A stretch of 64,000 nucleotides of DNA from Psammoneis japonica (lineage: Eukaryota). The stretch's first letter is position 1. Each line of letters starts with the position of its first letter. The DNA is taken from positions 248,001 through 312,000 of the forward strand of contig QPGO01000037.1 of the NCBI GenBank assembly GCA_008632985.1. The letters are read 5' to 3'. Shown piece by piece: positions 13,590-25,676 of the stretch. Position numbers and translations under genes: made by a program. The notes under the pieces are model-generated. The model was not told the DNA's origin, did no database searches, and was given only the letters and a program-made list of their open reading frames with translations.

Positions 13590-16500
13590 GTCATTGGCAG
13601 ACAAGGGTGAACAGCACCCAACCACAGCACTCTTGAAACTGGCATTGTGCTTCCAACATTCCTGTTTTGTTGAGATGATCAGAGTCAGACACCATTGCAC
13701 CAGGGTGCACTTTGTGAGTTCCCAGCCATCCACAGAGTTGCACAAACACCCCACCCTTCCCAACATTTCCAGCACAACATGATGAATGTGACAGGTGCTG
13801 AAGAAGGGAGGCAGTTGCTTTGTGCAGAGTGACTCTAGTGTTGTCCCACAACACCACATCTTTTCCTTTGCACTTTTCACTCCATTGGCTGTTGTGAAGA
13901 CACTCATCCTTGTGCAGTGATGCACACACAAGCCAGCTGTCCAAGCAAGCAAGACCATCAGCAACTTAAAGCCAATTACTTTCACAATTGTTTTGCTGCT
14001 TTTGATCCCACAAATTGCATGAGCTGCTTTCACTGTTGGACATGTTTTCCCAAAAACAAATTCAAAGCACAGAAGCTGTTCCTCAAACCATGCAAGAGTT
14101 GAGACTTGTTTTGTCATTCTGTCTGTGTCCCCATTGCAAATTGTCAGCACACACAACAACAAAATGCCAACATCACAGAATCCTGTCCTGGTGCTTGCTT
14201 GACAAGGCTGCAAACCAAAAGGGTTGACAGCAGCAAAAGATGTGCATGTGGCACAGCAGCTTGTGGCCTGGAATTCAAAAGAGAGCTTGCTCTTCCTGGG
14301 TGAGGGCCAAACATGAACATCAAGGCTGCTGGCTTCATCAAGCAGAGCCAATGGAACATCCTTCAGATTTGCTCTGGGACTGCAGAGCTCATGAGCTTGC
14401 TAATTTTCCAAAACAATGCCAGCCATTTCAGCCTCCAAGCCTTCTCCCTCACTTTTTCTCTGGAGTTGTTCAATGATCACTGGCTTTTGTCATGCAATCC
14501 CCATTCCACAATTTAAACAATTTGAGTGCCTGGGACCAACTGATGAACTGACTCCAGCTGCTGATGGCAGGTTCACCTTCACCATGTGCTTGGATGTCTT
14601 GTTGTGGGATCTGTCCTTGTTGTGCATGTGTGCATCCACTTTTTCTGTGCACAGCTCAAACTTGTGCCCACTGCAGAATCAGTTGTCCTTTCTTTCATCC
14701 AATCCCCAGGCACTGAAGCAGCTCATTGTGTCAAATGACTTTGCAGCAGTGTTTCTCAGCTTGATTTCTTTGCTCTGGGGTGTGGTGGCTGGGGACATTG
14801 CAGAAGAGATGTCATGCTCACACCAGGAGGTGTGCAACTTGCATTGTTGCAATTGGGAAAAAATGCTTCTTGCCTCCACTTGGTCCACTCTTCCGTTGCT
14901 TCTTTGCAGGTGGCATGGACTTGGGTGGCTCATCATCACTGGCAGACATTGGCACATTGGTGTCAGGTTCATCAACAGTCAATGAACCATTGCTCCACTT
15001 GTCTGCATCAGAATGTGCACATTTCTTGCTGGTCTTTTTGCATGAGTTGATGTCCAAAGCTGCAGCATTCTTGTCAGCCCACCCTCTGCTGTGTGTGTTC
15101 ATCAACACCATTGACAGCTTGTCATGCAATTGGGCACTGTCCATGAGTTTGGAGTCCCCAGCAGACATGCTTGAAAAGCAGAAAGGTGGTTGCCAATGCA
15201 GTCTGCTGTGTTCTTCTTGGAAGCAGATGAAAGGAAATCACCTGCTTTCACATGCCTCTCCGCAATGTTGTGTGAAGTTTCCATCATGGCAATGATGCAT
15301 TCATGCTCTGGAGCTTTGGGTGAAGCATCACATGGGTCTAAAGTGGCAGGAGCAGCTTCATTGACTGAAGGACCACCAGACATTGCACCCTTGGTCTCAT
15401 TGACAGATTTCTGTGCCGGATTTTGAAAAAGGCAGGTGCAGAGTGGCTGGAATGCGGTGTCGATGGGTGGCAGTGCAAGCTGTCCTTTTGCATTTTCAGC
15501 TCTAACAGAGCATGTTGATGAGATGGCACCAAAGTGACATCATCTGCCAAGCAAGTCTATTTGGATGCATCAACCACACAAACAATGTCAGTTTGAAGAT
15601 CAGCTCCTGCTTGTGCAGTGGCAGAAGGACCAGGGGCTCTCCACCGAGCCAACAACTTGTGTGCCGCATGTTCAGCTGGTCCATCAATGAGCAAGTGCAA
15701 TGGTTTCTGCATGATGGAGAGAGCATGCATGCACACCACCTTCTCCAATCCCTGTGAGCCAGCTTTGCAAATGCAGCTGCAGCACATGAGTCTTTCAGCA
15801 GAAAAGCAGATGCCAGTTTTTGTGTGTCTCATCCTTCACAGATGCCTGCACCATTCCTTCAACAAGAATGCAGGGTGTGCCCAAGTTGCAATCAAGCCAA
15901 ATGGCACCTGTTGCTGTCACAAGTGATGGAGACCAAGGATCAGTGGTGTGCCAGTTTGCACGCTTCATCAGCTGCTCACCACCATCCAGTTGCAATTCTT
16001 GAGCAAAGTGGGCAACAATGTCAGAAACAGCTTGCTCATGCATGCTTTTGCACTTGTCCAGCAAGCTGGAATGCTTCAACAGCTCAGAAAGAATGTGAAC
16101 TGTGTCACAGACCTCCTTGTCCTCAAGTTCCTCAGCTTGCAGGAATTGTGCTCCATCACTGAAGTCAAGCAGCACTTTCTTTAGATGATGTGATGAATTG
16201 TTCACTTCACTTGATGGCCAAACTGGAAACTGAATGTCATCCATTCCATCAATTGCAGTGTGCTTCCCATTGACCATTGCATCATGCAGCGCTTTGACTT
16301 CACTTGTGGAAAGGTTGGCCACATCAGCATGCACATTTGCAGAAAGCAGTTTCTGGCACATCTCTGATGTTGAAATTTGAGACTCCTCCACCTTGGCATC
16401 AATGCCAGCAATGGCACTCAGGGGCAGAAGGGTCCATCTGTTGTCACAGAGTCCACCTCCTTCATGTCAGTGATGCAAAGCTTACAAAGTGTTGACTTGC

Positions 16501-17400
16501 ACTCTGAACAGGATTGTAAGTCCTTGCTGGCAGCAAACATGTGACTGACACCATGACGGCTGTCACACTCACTTCTGCCAACAGAGTCATCTACCATGAC
16601 ATCTGTCTGATCAGTGAACTCTCCAAGACAATCCAGGAGAGATGTGGGAGGGCAACAAATGAGTGCATCTTGCAATGCTGGCTCATCACACGTGTTGCCT
16701 GGCTCATGTGTCATGGCAAAACCAAAGGCACGTAGAATGGTGGGGTTCATGGATGACTTGCTCTGGCAGAACAATGCAAGATCATCCACAGATGCATTTT
16801 CCTTGGTGTCAAAGAAATCTTGAATGCCTCACATTTGGGACCCTGCCAGGAAGAGTGTCACATCTGATTCCAACTGCAATCATGGCAAAGAAATCTTAAC
16901 GCCTCACATTTGGGACCATGCCAGGAAGAGTGTCACATCTGATTCCAACTGCAATCATGGCTCTCATCATTGGGTCTTCCTTCTGGAAAAATGGTGTTTT
17001 TGATTTTGCAATGTGACTCATGTGATCCTTCCCAAGACCATCTTGAACAACATCCACGAAGACAGATTTCACTGCAACTGCCAACACTGTGTTCTGAAGA
17101 GCTGGCAAACCGTTTCTGCACCCAAACATGAAATCCTTGATGAGCGACATGTCCTTGCCAGCCACATCACAAAAATCTGAGTCATCTGCAACCGCGCCAT
17201 CAATCTCCTTGTGTGCAGCCTGCTTGCAGATGACACAATTGGTCTGTGCATTTGCAACCAACAGCTTGGCATGTGCTTGAAGATTGTTGTCCCCATTGGG
17301 CTTCTTGATCTCAAACTCCAAAGAATCGACAAAATCCAAAGGAATCTCTTCTTGAGTGTGGCTCTCTTTCATCGTCACCTTCAACAGGTCTGCTCCACTT
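13590..17400 (-). mobile_element. Degenerate PIF/Harbinger (ISL2EU-like) DNA transposon: DDE_Tnp_4-like nuclease with upstream THAP-like and SWIM-like motifs
   Basis: VVLWDNT...QHLSHSSCCAGNVGKGGVFVQLCGWLGT...PGAMVSDSDHL (13.6-13.9 kb) resembles a DDE_Tnp_4 core. N*FCSGHKFE (~14670) is THAP-like. CSCICKAG...VCMH (~15750) is a SWIM-type CxC..CxH. No TIRs seen. Confidence 0.55.
16811..16961 (+). repeat. Tandem duplication, two ~75 bp units
   Basis: aaagaaatcttgaatgcctcacatttggga...gcaatcatggc (16811-16886) followed by aaagaaatcttaacgcctcacatttggga...gcaatcatggc (16887-16961). Confidence 0.92.
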
Positions 17401-19299
17401 TCTCAAGAATTTTCTTTAAAGCACCAGACAGTCAAGCTTGGCTTGTTCAGTCTTGGCAATTCTGCACAGGGTGGCTTTCTTTGAATGGTGATGCTTCAAG
17501 CTGTCAGCAACAATGATGACATGGATTTCATTCCAAAGAAAAAATCTCAACAAGATCAACAAGTCATGGCATTGGACCCTTCTTCTTCAACAGAAGCTTT
17601 CAGAAGAGACAGTTTGCATCAGAAGCAATGATGGGGATGCTGCAACTGACCTGACATGCCTCACACCAGAGAATTCAGGCAAGATCAGCCAGAGAAATTT
17701 TCTTCAAATGATGCAAGAGTTTTTCTTCTGAGGCGACTCCCATGCCTCAGCTAGAGTGCCCCACACAGCCCCACACATGAGAGAGCAGATGAAACAGGTC
17801 TTCTGGAGACAACAAACAACAACAGTTGGGCAATGCAATGACAAAGCGGGGCTTCAGGAGCAGCACACAAAGCATGCAAAAAAAGAGAGACAAGTAATCT
17901 GGGAGGAATGTTTGCCATTGTTTCAAGTTGGAGTGTCTCCACATGCACCCAGATGCATCCAGAGCAGTGTTGTTTGTGAGCAGAAATGATGGCCACAGGA
18001 CATGTGGATTCTTGTTGCTTGAGGAAGGTTTTGAGCAGAGGGATGGGCAGGTTCATGGAGAGTGGAGCTTGCTCAATGAAAAAAGGTTTTCAAGATCATT
18101 TGCTTTTCACCAGCACCTCCAATGACAACATGAGTGGGTGCCCAATTTCTGCTTGTCTGAAATGCAGCAGAAGACAAGCACATTGAATGATTGCAAGTCC
18201 ATGTGCCATGCTTTTTTGTGCACTCAAAACATGGGTGTGGGTGCCAAACTCACAAAGACAACCAGCTTCTGGCCCCTTCTTGCCCAAAACAGAGTCAAAC
18301 AAAGTGTGCACAGATCTCCGCCAAACTGTCAAAACTCATGAGCTTTTTCATTTGTGCTCTCTTGCACAGTCATTTGCAGCAGGAGGCTGAGGGCTGCTGC
18401 TTTTTTGCACCCCCTGCCTTCACCAGGTGAAGCAATGAAGAAACTTGCTCAACAGCAACAGCGGTTCTCCTTTGTTTTCCTGCTGTCAGGCCCATCCTCA
18501 AAAGGTGTCTGCAAAGCAAATTTTTTGTGCCAGCAGCTTTCTTGTCCAGAGGCATCTGAAATCAAATGACATCTCTCTTTGTGCAAACTCTGGCCAGGAT
18601 CAAAATGTGCACGGTGTGCAACACACCTGAGCTCCAAAACATCACATGTGCAATCCTGCAAAATCTCTGTTGAAAGCACAGTGGTGCAGGGTGCAAATGT
18701 GAATTGTGACCTGGAGATTGACAACAACTGGTTGTCAGGAACTTCAGCACGTCAAGCAACACATGCAAATCTGTGGATCTAAAGCCATTCTTCTCTTGCA
18801 GCCCCTCAGAGGAAAAGAAGAGAGAAAGAAAACAAGTGCACAAGATTGGGCTGAATTGTTGTGCACTCTCCACTGGCTTTGCTGGATCATTTGTGGACAG
18901 CCCCCAAGCAATCATCAAGTTGGTTGAAGAGGCATGTGATGAAACACCAAGCTGCTGACAAAAAAGCTTTGCAAAAAGCTGTGTGCCAAGATTGCCAGTT
19001 CTTTGCCGGGGGCTCTGTGGTTGTTTGCCGGTGATTGGCACCCAACAGAAGTGCACAAGACCACTGACTGTCCTTGTTTTAAGTTGGCAATTTGACAACA
19101 ACACATTTTTCATTCAGACACTGGTCACAATGACCAAGCACATGTGTTTGCAGAGACAATCAGACATTTGGTGGCCATTCATAAGAAGCGAACATGCAAT
19201 TTGATTCCCGCACGATGCTGCAAATGGAGCCATCATTGATGCGAGTGAGATGCACAAAGAACAACACCCAAGCTGACCCACAATCAAGTGCCGGTGCAA

Positions 19300-19930
19300 T
19301 GCGCTGGGCTCAGGACTCACACTTGGCACATTGCTTGGTGCACTGCTCAGTGCTGGGCTTGAACCAGAAGCTGCACTTGGGGAATCACTTGGAGCCAGAC
19401 TTGAGCCAGGTTTGCTGCTGTCATGAGTCATGTGGCTGCTGGACTCGAGCTTGGAGCATTGCTGGGTGTCAAACTCGGGGCAGGACTGGCACTTGGCTTG
19501 CTGCTTGGCACATTGCTTGGAGCTGCACTTGCAATTGGCATCAGGACTTGTGCTTGGCACGTTGCTTGGTGCATCACTCAGCACTGGGCTTGAACTAGGA
19601 GCTGAACTTGGTTAATCACTTGGTTCTGGACTTGCGCTAGGTGGCTGCTGTCATGAGTCATCGACACTGGACTCGAGCTTGGAGCGTTCTCCGTGCTGAA
19701 CTCGGGGCAGGACTGGCACTTGTCTCGGTGCTTGGCGCAATGCTTGGTGCTGGACTTGAACTAGGAGCTGCGCTTGGATGGGCACTTGGAGCGGGCTGCC
19801 AGAAGGTGCAGCAGTTTGCGGAGAAGGGGGGATCAATGGCATGACTGTTGGAGACTGGCTTGGCATCTGTGACGGTGACGGCGTCGGAGCTTCTTTTTGA
19901 TGATGACAACAACATCGGCGTTCTTCCCTG
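19300..19930 (-). pseudogene. Broken Pro/Ser/Ala-rich repeat (PSxxPSxSP, mucin/stalk-like) coding sequence straddling the domain-1 border
   Basis: APTPSPSQMPSQSPT, APSAHPSAAPSSSPAPSIAPS and APSNVPSTSP occur in shifting frames, with repeated nucleotide units (gctgctgtcatgagtca, ctcggggcaggactggcac). Confidence 0.6.
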
Positions 19931-20044
19931 CCTAAACTAGAATAATACAGTGCTAATAAACAATTGCTTTGTGTTGGATTTAGTTTATGGATGGACACTA
20001 CACTTTTTCTCCTGAGGACTAATGACATTCTTTTTAATACAAAT

Positions 20045-21108
20045 TCATAAGGAGTAGTCGCTGCGACTTTTCTCATTATCTTCCACAACCTCCCATCCCA
20101 TCACGGCTTTCACAGTTCCAGTTTTTGGATTCTTGCTCATACGACAAATCCAGCAATGAACCGACATTTGATTTCCTCCTCAAAGTATTCCCATATGAAT
20201 GGGCACTGGGATTTTCCAGTAGGGAATTCTCCAGGAGAGAGACCACGAAAAGGACATCCAAAGGACTCCAAAGAGTTCTTTAATGTCGAGAATCCGTACA
20301 GGACTTGCACCCATCCGCTGACGTGGGGGCCACCGGAACCACTGCTGTAATGGTAAATGGAGTTCCAGAACCTTATGTTGACGTTTCCATCAAAGCAGTT
20401 GATGCACTCTTGAAGAATGACCTTCACATCGTCAATCCATTCGTCCAAGTCAAAACCTCGCAGTCCGTCTATCTTCGTTCGGAGCGATATCCAATCTTCC
20501 TTGTTTCCCGCTAAGGTCACCTCAGGGATGCCGCACATTGTACACACACGGTAGTCGAAATACTTTTGGACGGATTCCATCAATGCAATCTCGCTGCAGG
20601 CTTTCTCCACCGGTCCAGTCGTGGAGAAATTCGCCACAATGGCGGAATGGACCTTCGATGGAATTTCTTTTTGAATCTGTTGGGAGAAACTCGCAAAGAC
20701 ATTCTCCCAACAATTATCGAGCTTATTCTTGACCAGAGAATCGTCTCGAATCGTAATGGTCTTCTTACCCTCGTGAGCAACGAGGGCCGAACGATACTTG
20801 TAGCTGTGCTTGTTAATGTGTTGGGAGAAGCGTTGCGCAATCACCAATAAGACGCCGTCGGGAGATAGCTCCAGTGGAAGGTGATTGTTAAAGGCGACGT
20901 CCATAGCATACACAAAGGGTGCCAGTCGCGGAATGGTCAGTTTTCCTGCTGGAGGCTTCGATCGACCGTGACACTTGTCTCCGTTGCCGGACAATCCGAG
21001 GACCGAGGTGGAGGAGGTGGCAAAATCGGAGGCACTGATTTCGCACGCATAGTTCGACTTTTGTGTAGGCCGGCCTGAGGGATCACACACGTGAAAAGTA
21101 CAGGGCAT
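20045..21108 (-). CDS. DUF4419-family protein (apparent 1-bp frameshift near 20142)
   Basis: AFNNHLPLELSPD..LLVIAQRFSQHIN, NFSTT, CGIPEVTLAGNKEDW, SGSGGPHVSGW. Adding one G after GTC restores FIAGFVGMSKNPKTGTVKAVMGWEVV...* with the stop at 20045. Confidence 0.82.
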
Positions 21109-21472
21109 GATTGGGTCTTTTTCTTTTTAATGCGTTATGGTTGCAGTTTTCTGTTTTGTGTGCTCTTGCAGAGTGCATTCGCAAGGTCCTTACTTTGAAT
21201 TGCACGTCTGGCTCACTCTCACGTCTTGGGTCTCACGATTGGAAAACGCGGGTACTCATTTTGATGTCATTCGATTGGAAAACGCGGATCTCCAGATTCA
21301 AGATCTGCAGATCAAATCACCGCCTCCATTTTGATTCCCGCGCGAATATACCGTATCATGAGTCGTGCGAGGCCAAAGCGTGCGAACAGCATCCAAGCTG
21401 CCCAAGTTATTAGGAGCAATAGACACTCTTTGACTTGAAAGTGTTTGGAGAAGCCAACCTGCAAAGTAATTT

Positions 21473-22708
21473 ATGGATTCTCTTTCCAATGCGTTTTCTT
21501 TCTTACTTCCAAGCAGTAGCATCGGAAAATGGAGCGAAGTACCGTCCATGAAATCCAAGCGCTACGGATGCGCTGCAGTCACGCTGGGTGACAACAAGCT
21601 TTTGGTGATTGGGGGGTACGATGGTTCAGCGGAAACAAGCTCTGTAGAATTGTTTGACGGGAATGAATGGATTGAGTCAAAAGACAAGAACAACAATATC
21701 TGTTGCTCTATGAGCACAAGACGACTCGGCTGTGTTGCGGCGACGTTGAATAGTGACGAGTGCGAATGCGTTGTGGTGGTTGGTGGTCATAATGGTCGCA
21801 AGGTGTTGGATTCCGCCGAGCGATTCAATTCGCGGTTAAACATGTGGATAAAGTCACCATCTCCCGGTAAACGATTTGAAGCTGCTGCAGTTGGAATAGG
21901 TGCTAATCTCTACATTATTGGTGGCCATGACGGCCGATCTTGCACAAATCGAATCGACGTTTTTGATTCTAACTTTTGTACGTGGGAAACTTTATCACAA
22001 CCCATGCCGTCAAGGCGCTTCCAATGTGGCGCTGCTGTTCTTGGAGATAACATCTATATCGTTGGAGGGAAAAAAGGTGAGACGGTTGTTGATTCTGTGG
22101 AAGTTTTTGATGTAATCGATCGGAGATGGTCGACTCTCCCATCGATGACGTCAAAACGAAAGGGATGCGTGGCTGCTGCGGTCGATGGAAAAATTTTCGT
22201 GTTTGGAGGGCACGATGGAACGAAAACCCTAAAGTCTGCAGAGCGATATGACCCATTAACAAGATCTTGGACCTGTTTGCCTCCCATGAAGCAAAGTCGA
22301 TTCGGAAGCGCAATTGCCGTTCTTCAGAACAAAATATTCATCATTGGTGGATTTGACGGTGTAGGCGGGCTCAGCTCGGTGGAGCAGTTCACCGTGACCT
22401 CCTCAGGGTTAGGTCGACAAGAAGGAGAGACTGCAACTGAGACATACTCAGACTCTGAGAGTCCAACAATGCAGGGGATCCCAGATGAGCTCTTATGCCC
22501 CATAACAGGAGAGTTAATGGATGATCCCGTTGTTGCATCTGATGGGCACAGTTATGAGCGTGAGGCTATTGAGGAGTGGATTCGACGGTTCTCTCCTAAT
22601 GAGTCCCCGAGATCGCCAATTACAAACGGACGAATTGATCGCCGTCTATTTCCCAACCATAACTTGAAGTCGCTGTGCCGTAGTCATGCAGAGGAAAATG
22701 TCAAATGA
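21473..22708 (+). CDS. Kelch-repeat protein with C-terminal U-box (putative E3 ubiquitin ligase)
   Basis: Six GG-containing Kelch repeats (e.g. IFVFGGHDG...SAERYDP...W) and U-box IPDELLCPITGELMDDPVVASDGHSYEREAIEEW...SPITN...PNHNLKSL. Intact 411 aa ORF. Confidence 0.93.
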   Translation: MDSLSNAFSFLLPSSSIGKWSEVPSMKSKRYGCAAVTLGDNKLLVIGGYDGSAETSSVELFDGNEWIESKDKNNNICCSMSTRRLGCVAATLNSDECECVVVVGGHNGRKVLDSAERFNSRLNMWIKSPSPGKRFEAAAVGIGANLYIIGGHDGRSCTNRIDVFDSNFCTWETLSQPMPSRRFQCGAAVLGDNIYIVGGKKGETVVDSVEVFDVIDRRWSTLPSMTSKRKGCVAAAVDGKIFVFGGHDGTKTLKSAERYDPLTRSWTCLPPMKQSRFGSAIAVLQNKIFIIGGFDGVGGLSSVEQFTVTSSGLGRQEGETATETYSDSESPTMQGIPDELLCPITGELMDDPVVASDGHSYEREAIEEWIRRFSPNESPRSPITNGRIDRRLFPNHNLKSLCRSHAEENVK

Positions 22709-23534
22709 AATCAAGTCATTGACGCTGCTTTCACGTCAACCACAACATAAATGTAAAGAAGTTGATGGAAGCAGGGAGTTTCTCTTGAAACCACTACAGT
22801 GCATCCAACTACGCTTGTTGAGTTGCAGAATCCGAGAAAATCAAACTCATCAAAATATCTCTCGGATTGATGGTGACCTGGTGGAGGGACGAAATTCTGT
22901 ACCGTATCTGCTCTCTCCAGAGAGAGCAAGCTGCTGTTCGGACGTCTTTCACTTCTTTTATATTCAATATCGACAAGAGACGCTTTCGTCTGTGGCGACA
23001 TCGTGGTTGCAGATGGCTCTAGTATCTAGTAGAGAGATAAAATACCAATCTGAAATCTTGCTTGGCAAGTAAGATCTTGGCTTGAATCTCTCTAGAGACT
23101 TCGAGTGCGTACGTCGTACGGTACAAGTATGAGAATTGTGTCGTGGTTGTCATATTGAGTCGTGATACACGTCTCATGATGTCACGATTACGTACGATAT
23201 CGGTAGTTCTGTACATAGCTGTCTTGCTCATCTGAGTCAGTCACAAAGTAATCCACCACCACATCATGAATAAAACCAAATTAAAGTAGGGATGTTATGA
23301 ATGATCATCCGCCAACAACGTGTTTAAGTCGTCAGCACGACTGCCTGACGTTTTTGAGGAGTGGTATTGCCCCAAGTGCAAAACTCCGGAAGTTCTTTCT
23401 TTTCCGTCCCTGTTGCAAGAAGTTGAAGCATTTGAAGTGCCAACCGTCCATTCTTTCAAAATCATCCATAGACTCACAATTTTTCAAAGCTCTCCTTTTT
23501 TCTTGTTGAGCAACAAAATAAAAAGACGACAACA

Positions 23535-25088
23535 ATGTCTGAAACCAACAACACCGAAATTGATAACGGCGAGGTAAGAAGCTGAGATGGGTTGTTTCTT
23601 TCTTCTCCTTTACTCTAGTAGCTTACAATTCTTGATGTCGCTTTTTCGACAAAGTGGAAGGAGATCAAAAAGTACGACACGTACTCCCTCCAAGTAGATC
23701 CTGATCAAGATGATAAGGCCACCGAGATTAAGCTTTGCAACTTTTCTCGCCCGCACATGCGTGCCTTCCACTGCTCGTGGTGGGGTTTCTTCATTGCCTT
23801 CTTCATTTGGTTCGCCATTGCTCCTCTTCTCTCTGAGATCAAGAAAACTCTCGACTTGACCAAGCAGGAAGTCTGGACTTCCTCCATTGTCGGTGTCGGA
23901 GGAACCATCTTTATGCGTTTCATTCTTGGACCTGGTTGCGATAAGTGGGGAGCACGCATTCTCTTTACCGCGGTTTTGTGCATTGCCTCCATCCCTACAG
24001 CCTTGACCGGAACTGTGAACTCTGCCACTGGCCTCGCTATCCTTCGTCTTTTCATTGGTATTGCCGGTGGATCCTTCGTCATGTGCCAGTACTGGTCCAG
24101 CCGTATGTTTACCAAGGAGGTTGCAGGAACTGCCAATGCCCTTGTCGGTGGATGGGGTAACCTCGGTGGTGGAGTCACCCAGCTTGTGATGGGATCCGCT
24201 CTCTTTCCTCTATTCAAGGTTTTCTTTGATGGAGATGCCGAAAAGGCATGGCGTACCGTCTCTGTCGTCCCTGCCGTCGTTGCTTTCAGCTCTGGTGTTG
24301 CCATGTACTTTATCAGTGATGACGCACCCAAGGGTAACTACCACGAGATGAAGAGGAACGGAACCATGCCTGAGATTTCTGCTGCTGCCTCCTTCCGCAG
24401 TGGTGCGATCAACTTCAACACCTGGCTTCTTTTCATTCAGTACGCCTGCTGCTTCGGTGTGGAACTCACCATGAACAACGCTACCGCCCTTTACTTCAAG
24501 GAAGAGTTCGGCCAAACTACCGAGAGTGCCGCCGCCATTGCTTCCATCTTTGGCTGGATGAACCTTTTCGCCCGTGGACTTGGAGGATTTGCGTCTGACA
24601 AATTCAACGCCAAGATGGGAATGCGCGGCCGTCTCCTTATCCACACCATCTTCCTTGCCTGCGAGGGAGCAATGGTGCTCGTTTTTGCCAACACCGGTTC
24701 CCTTGGACTTGCCATTTTCATCATGATTGTCTTCTCGATCTTTGTCCAAGCCGCTGAAGGTTCCACCTACGGTATTGTCCCCTACGTTGACCCCCCGTCG
24801 ACCGGGTCCATTGCCGGTATCGTTGGTGCCGGTGGTAACTGTGGAGCTGTCGGATTCGGAATGGGATTCCGCGAGCTCAATTACAAGGATGCTTTCCTTC
24901 TTATGGGATTTGTCATTCTCGGATCATGCGTTCTTAGTGTCTTTGTCCGAATCAAGGGACACGCCGGTCTCATTTTTGGACAAGACGATCCCGAAATCAC
25001 CAAGTCCGCTGCCAACACTCTTTCGGTTCCTGAGCCGGATGCGGAAGCCATGGAGGATGTCAATGTCGAGGAGGAGGAAGAAGAGTAA
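23535..25088 (+). CDS. NRT2: High-affinity nitrate transporter NRT2 (MFS, NNP family); exon 1 23535-23573, intron ~23574-23654
   Basis: FSRPHMRAFHCSWWGFF, NNP signature ALVGGWGNLGGG, CFGVELTMNN, FGWMNLFARGLGG. GTAAGA donor and in-frame AAAG acceptor. Confidence 0.95.
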
Positions 25089-25676
25089 ACATTCTCTTCA
25101 GGAGTCGGGAGTGCTGTCTCTACTTCACTCCTTCGTTGCAGCATTTTTGCGCAATAGTTGCGATGATCTCCATTTTTGAAAAGAAAAGAGAACGCGCCAT
25201 GTTATTTTTGCAGTTCTGTTCTCGCTGTCTCGATGTTGTGTTGTTTCAAAAAATCTCTTTCTACGCTAAGCATGATAAGTTAAGATGAAGAAAATTTCCA
25301 AACGCTAGCTTTTCCGTTATGTACCGTATGCTAATTGAAATCCTGGCGTGAAACGGATTAGCTCGAAAAGAAAAGTGCGTTGGCGTTTGGCGTGCTCAAA
25401 TTGTGAGCCTGCTGAGCGCACTTGAGCCTCTACTGTAGAGAGTACACAGGCGCTGCAGGGCTCAAAATTCACGATTCGGGCGTTAATCTAACGGTTCTTG
25501 TATACCATAAAGGTAAATAGATCATGAAGATTTATAAAACTTATAAATATATTCAATGGTTTTAATATGATATTAATACTATATATATATAAATTTTTCT
25601 GCTTCGCGCATGCACGTCCTGTCCTTCGTCTTCATTTTTTTCACTTTTATTTTTTCTTAGTGAAGTGACATGAACG

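Larger units (their letters stand above)
425..19600. other. TpA- and CpG-depleted hypermutated repeat domain 1
   Basis: TA and CG are nearly absent and TG/CA saturating. TE proteins show Tyr to Cys/His. Starts abruptly after the CTAG-rich stretch at 365-423 and fades at ~19.2-19.9 kb. Confidence 0.92.

Noticed and set aside
425..19600. Hundreds of overlapping Cys/His/Met-rich ORFs in all six frames (also in domains 2 and 3)
   Set aside because: A by-product of TpA loss: TAA/TAG stops are rare and TG/CA-rich codons are inflated. They are not genes or metal-binding proteins.
23705..24766. Long antisense ORFs over NRT2
   Set aside because: Shadow frames of a codon-biased, highly conserved gene.
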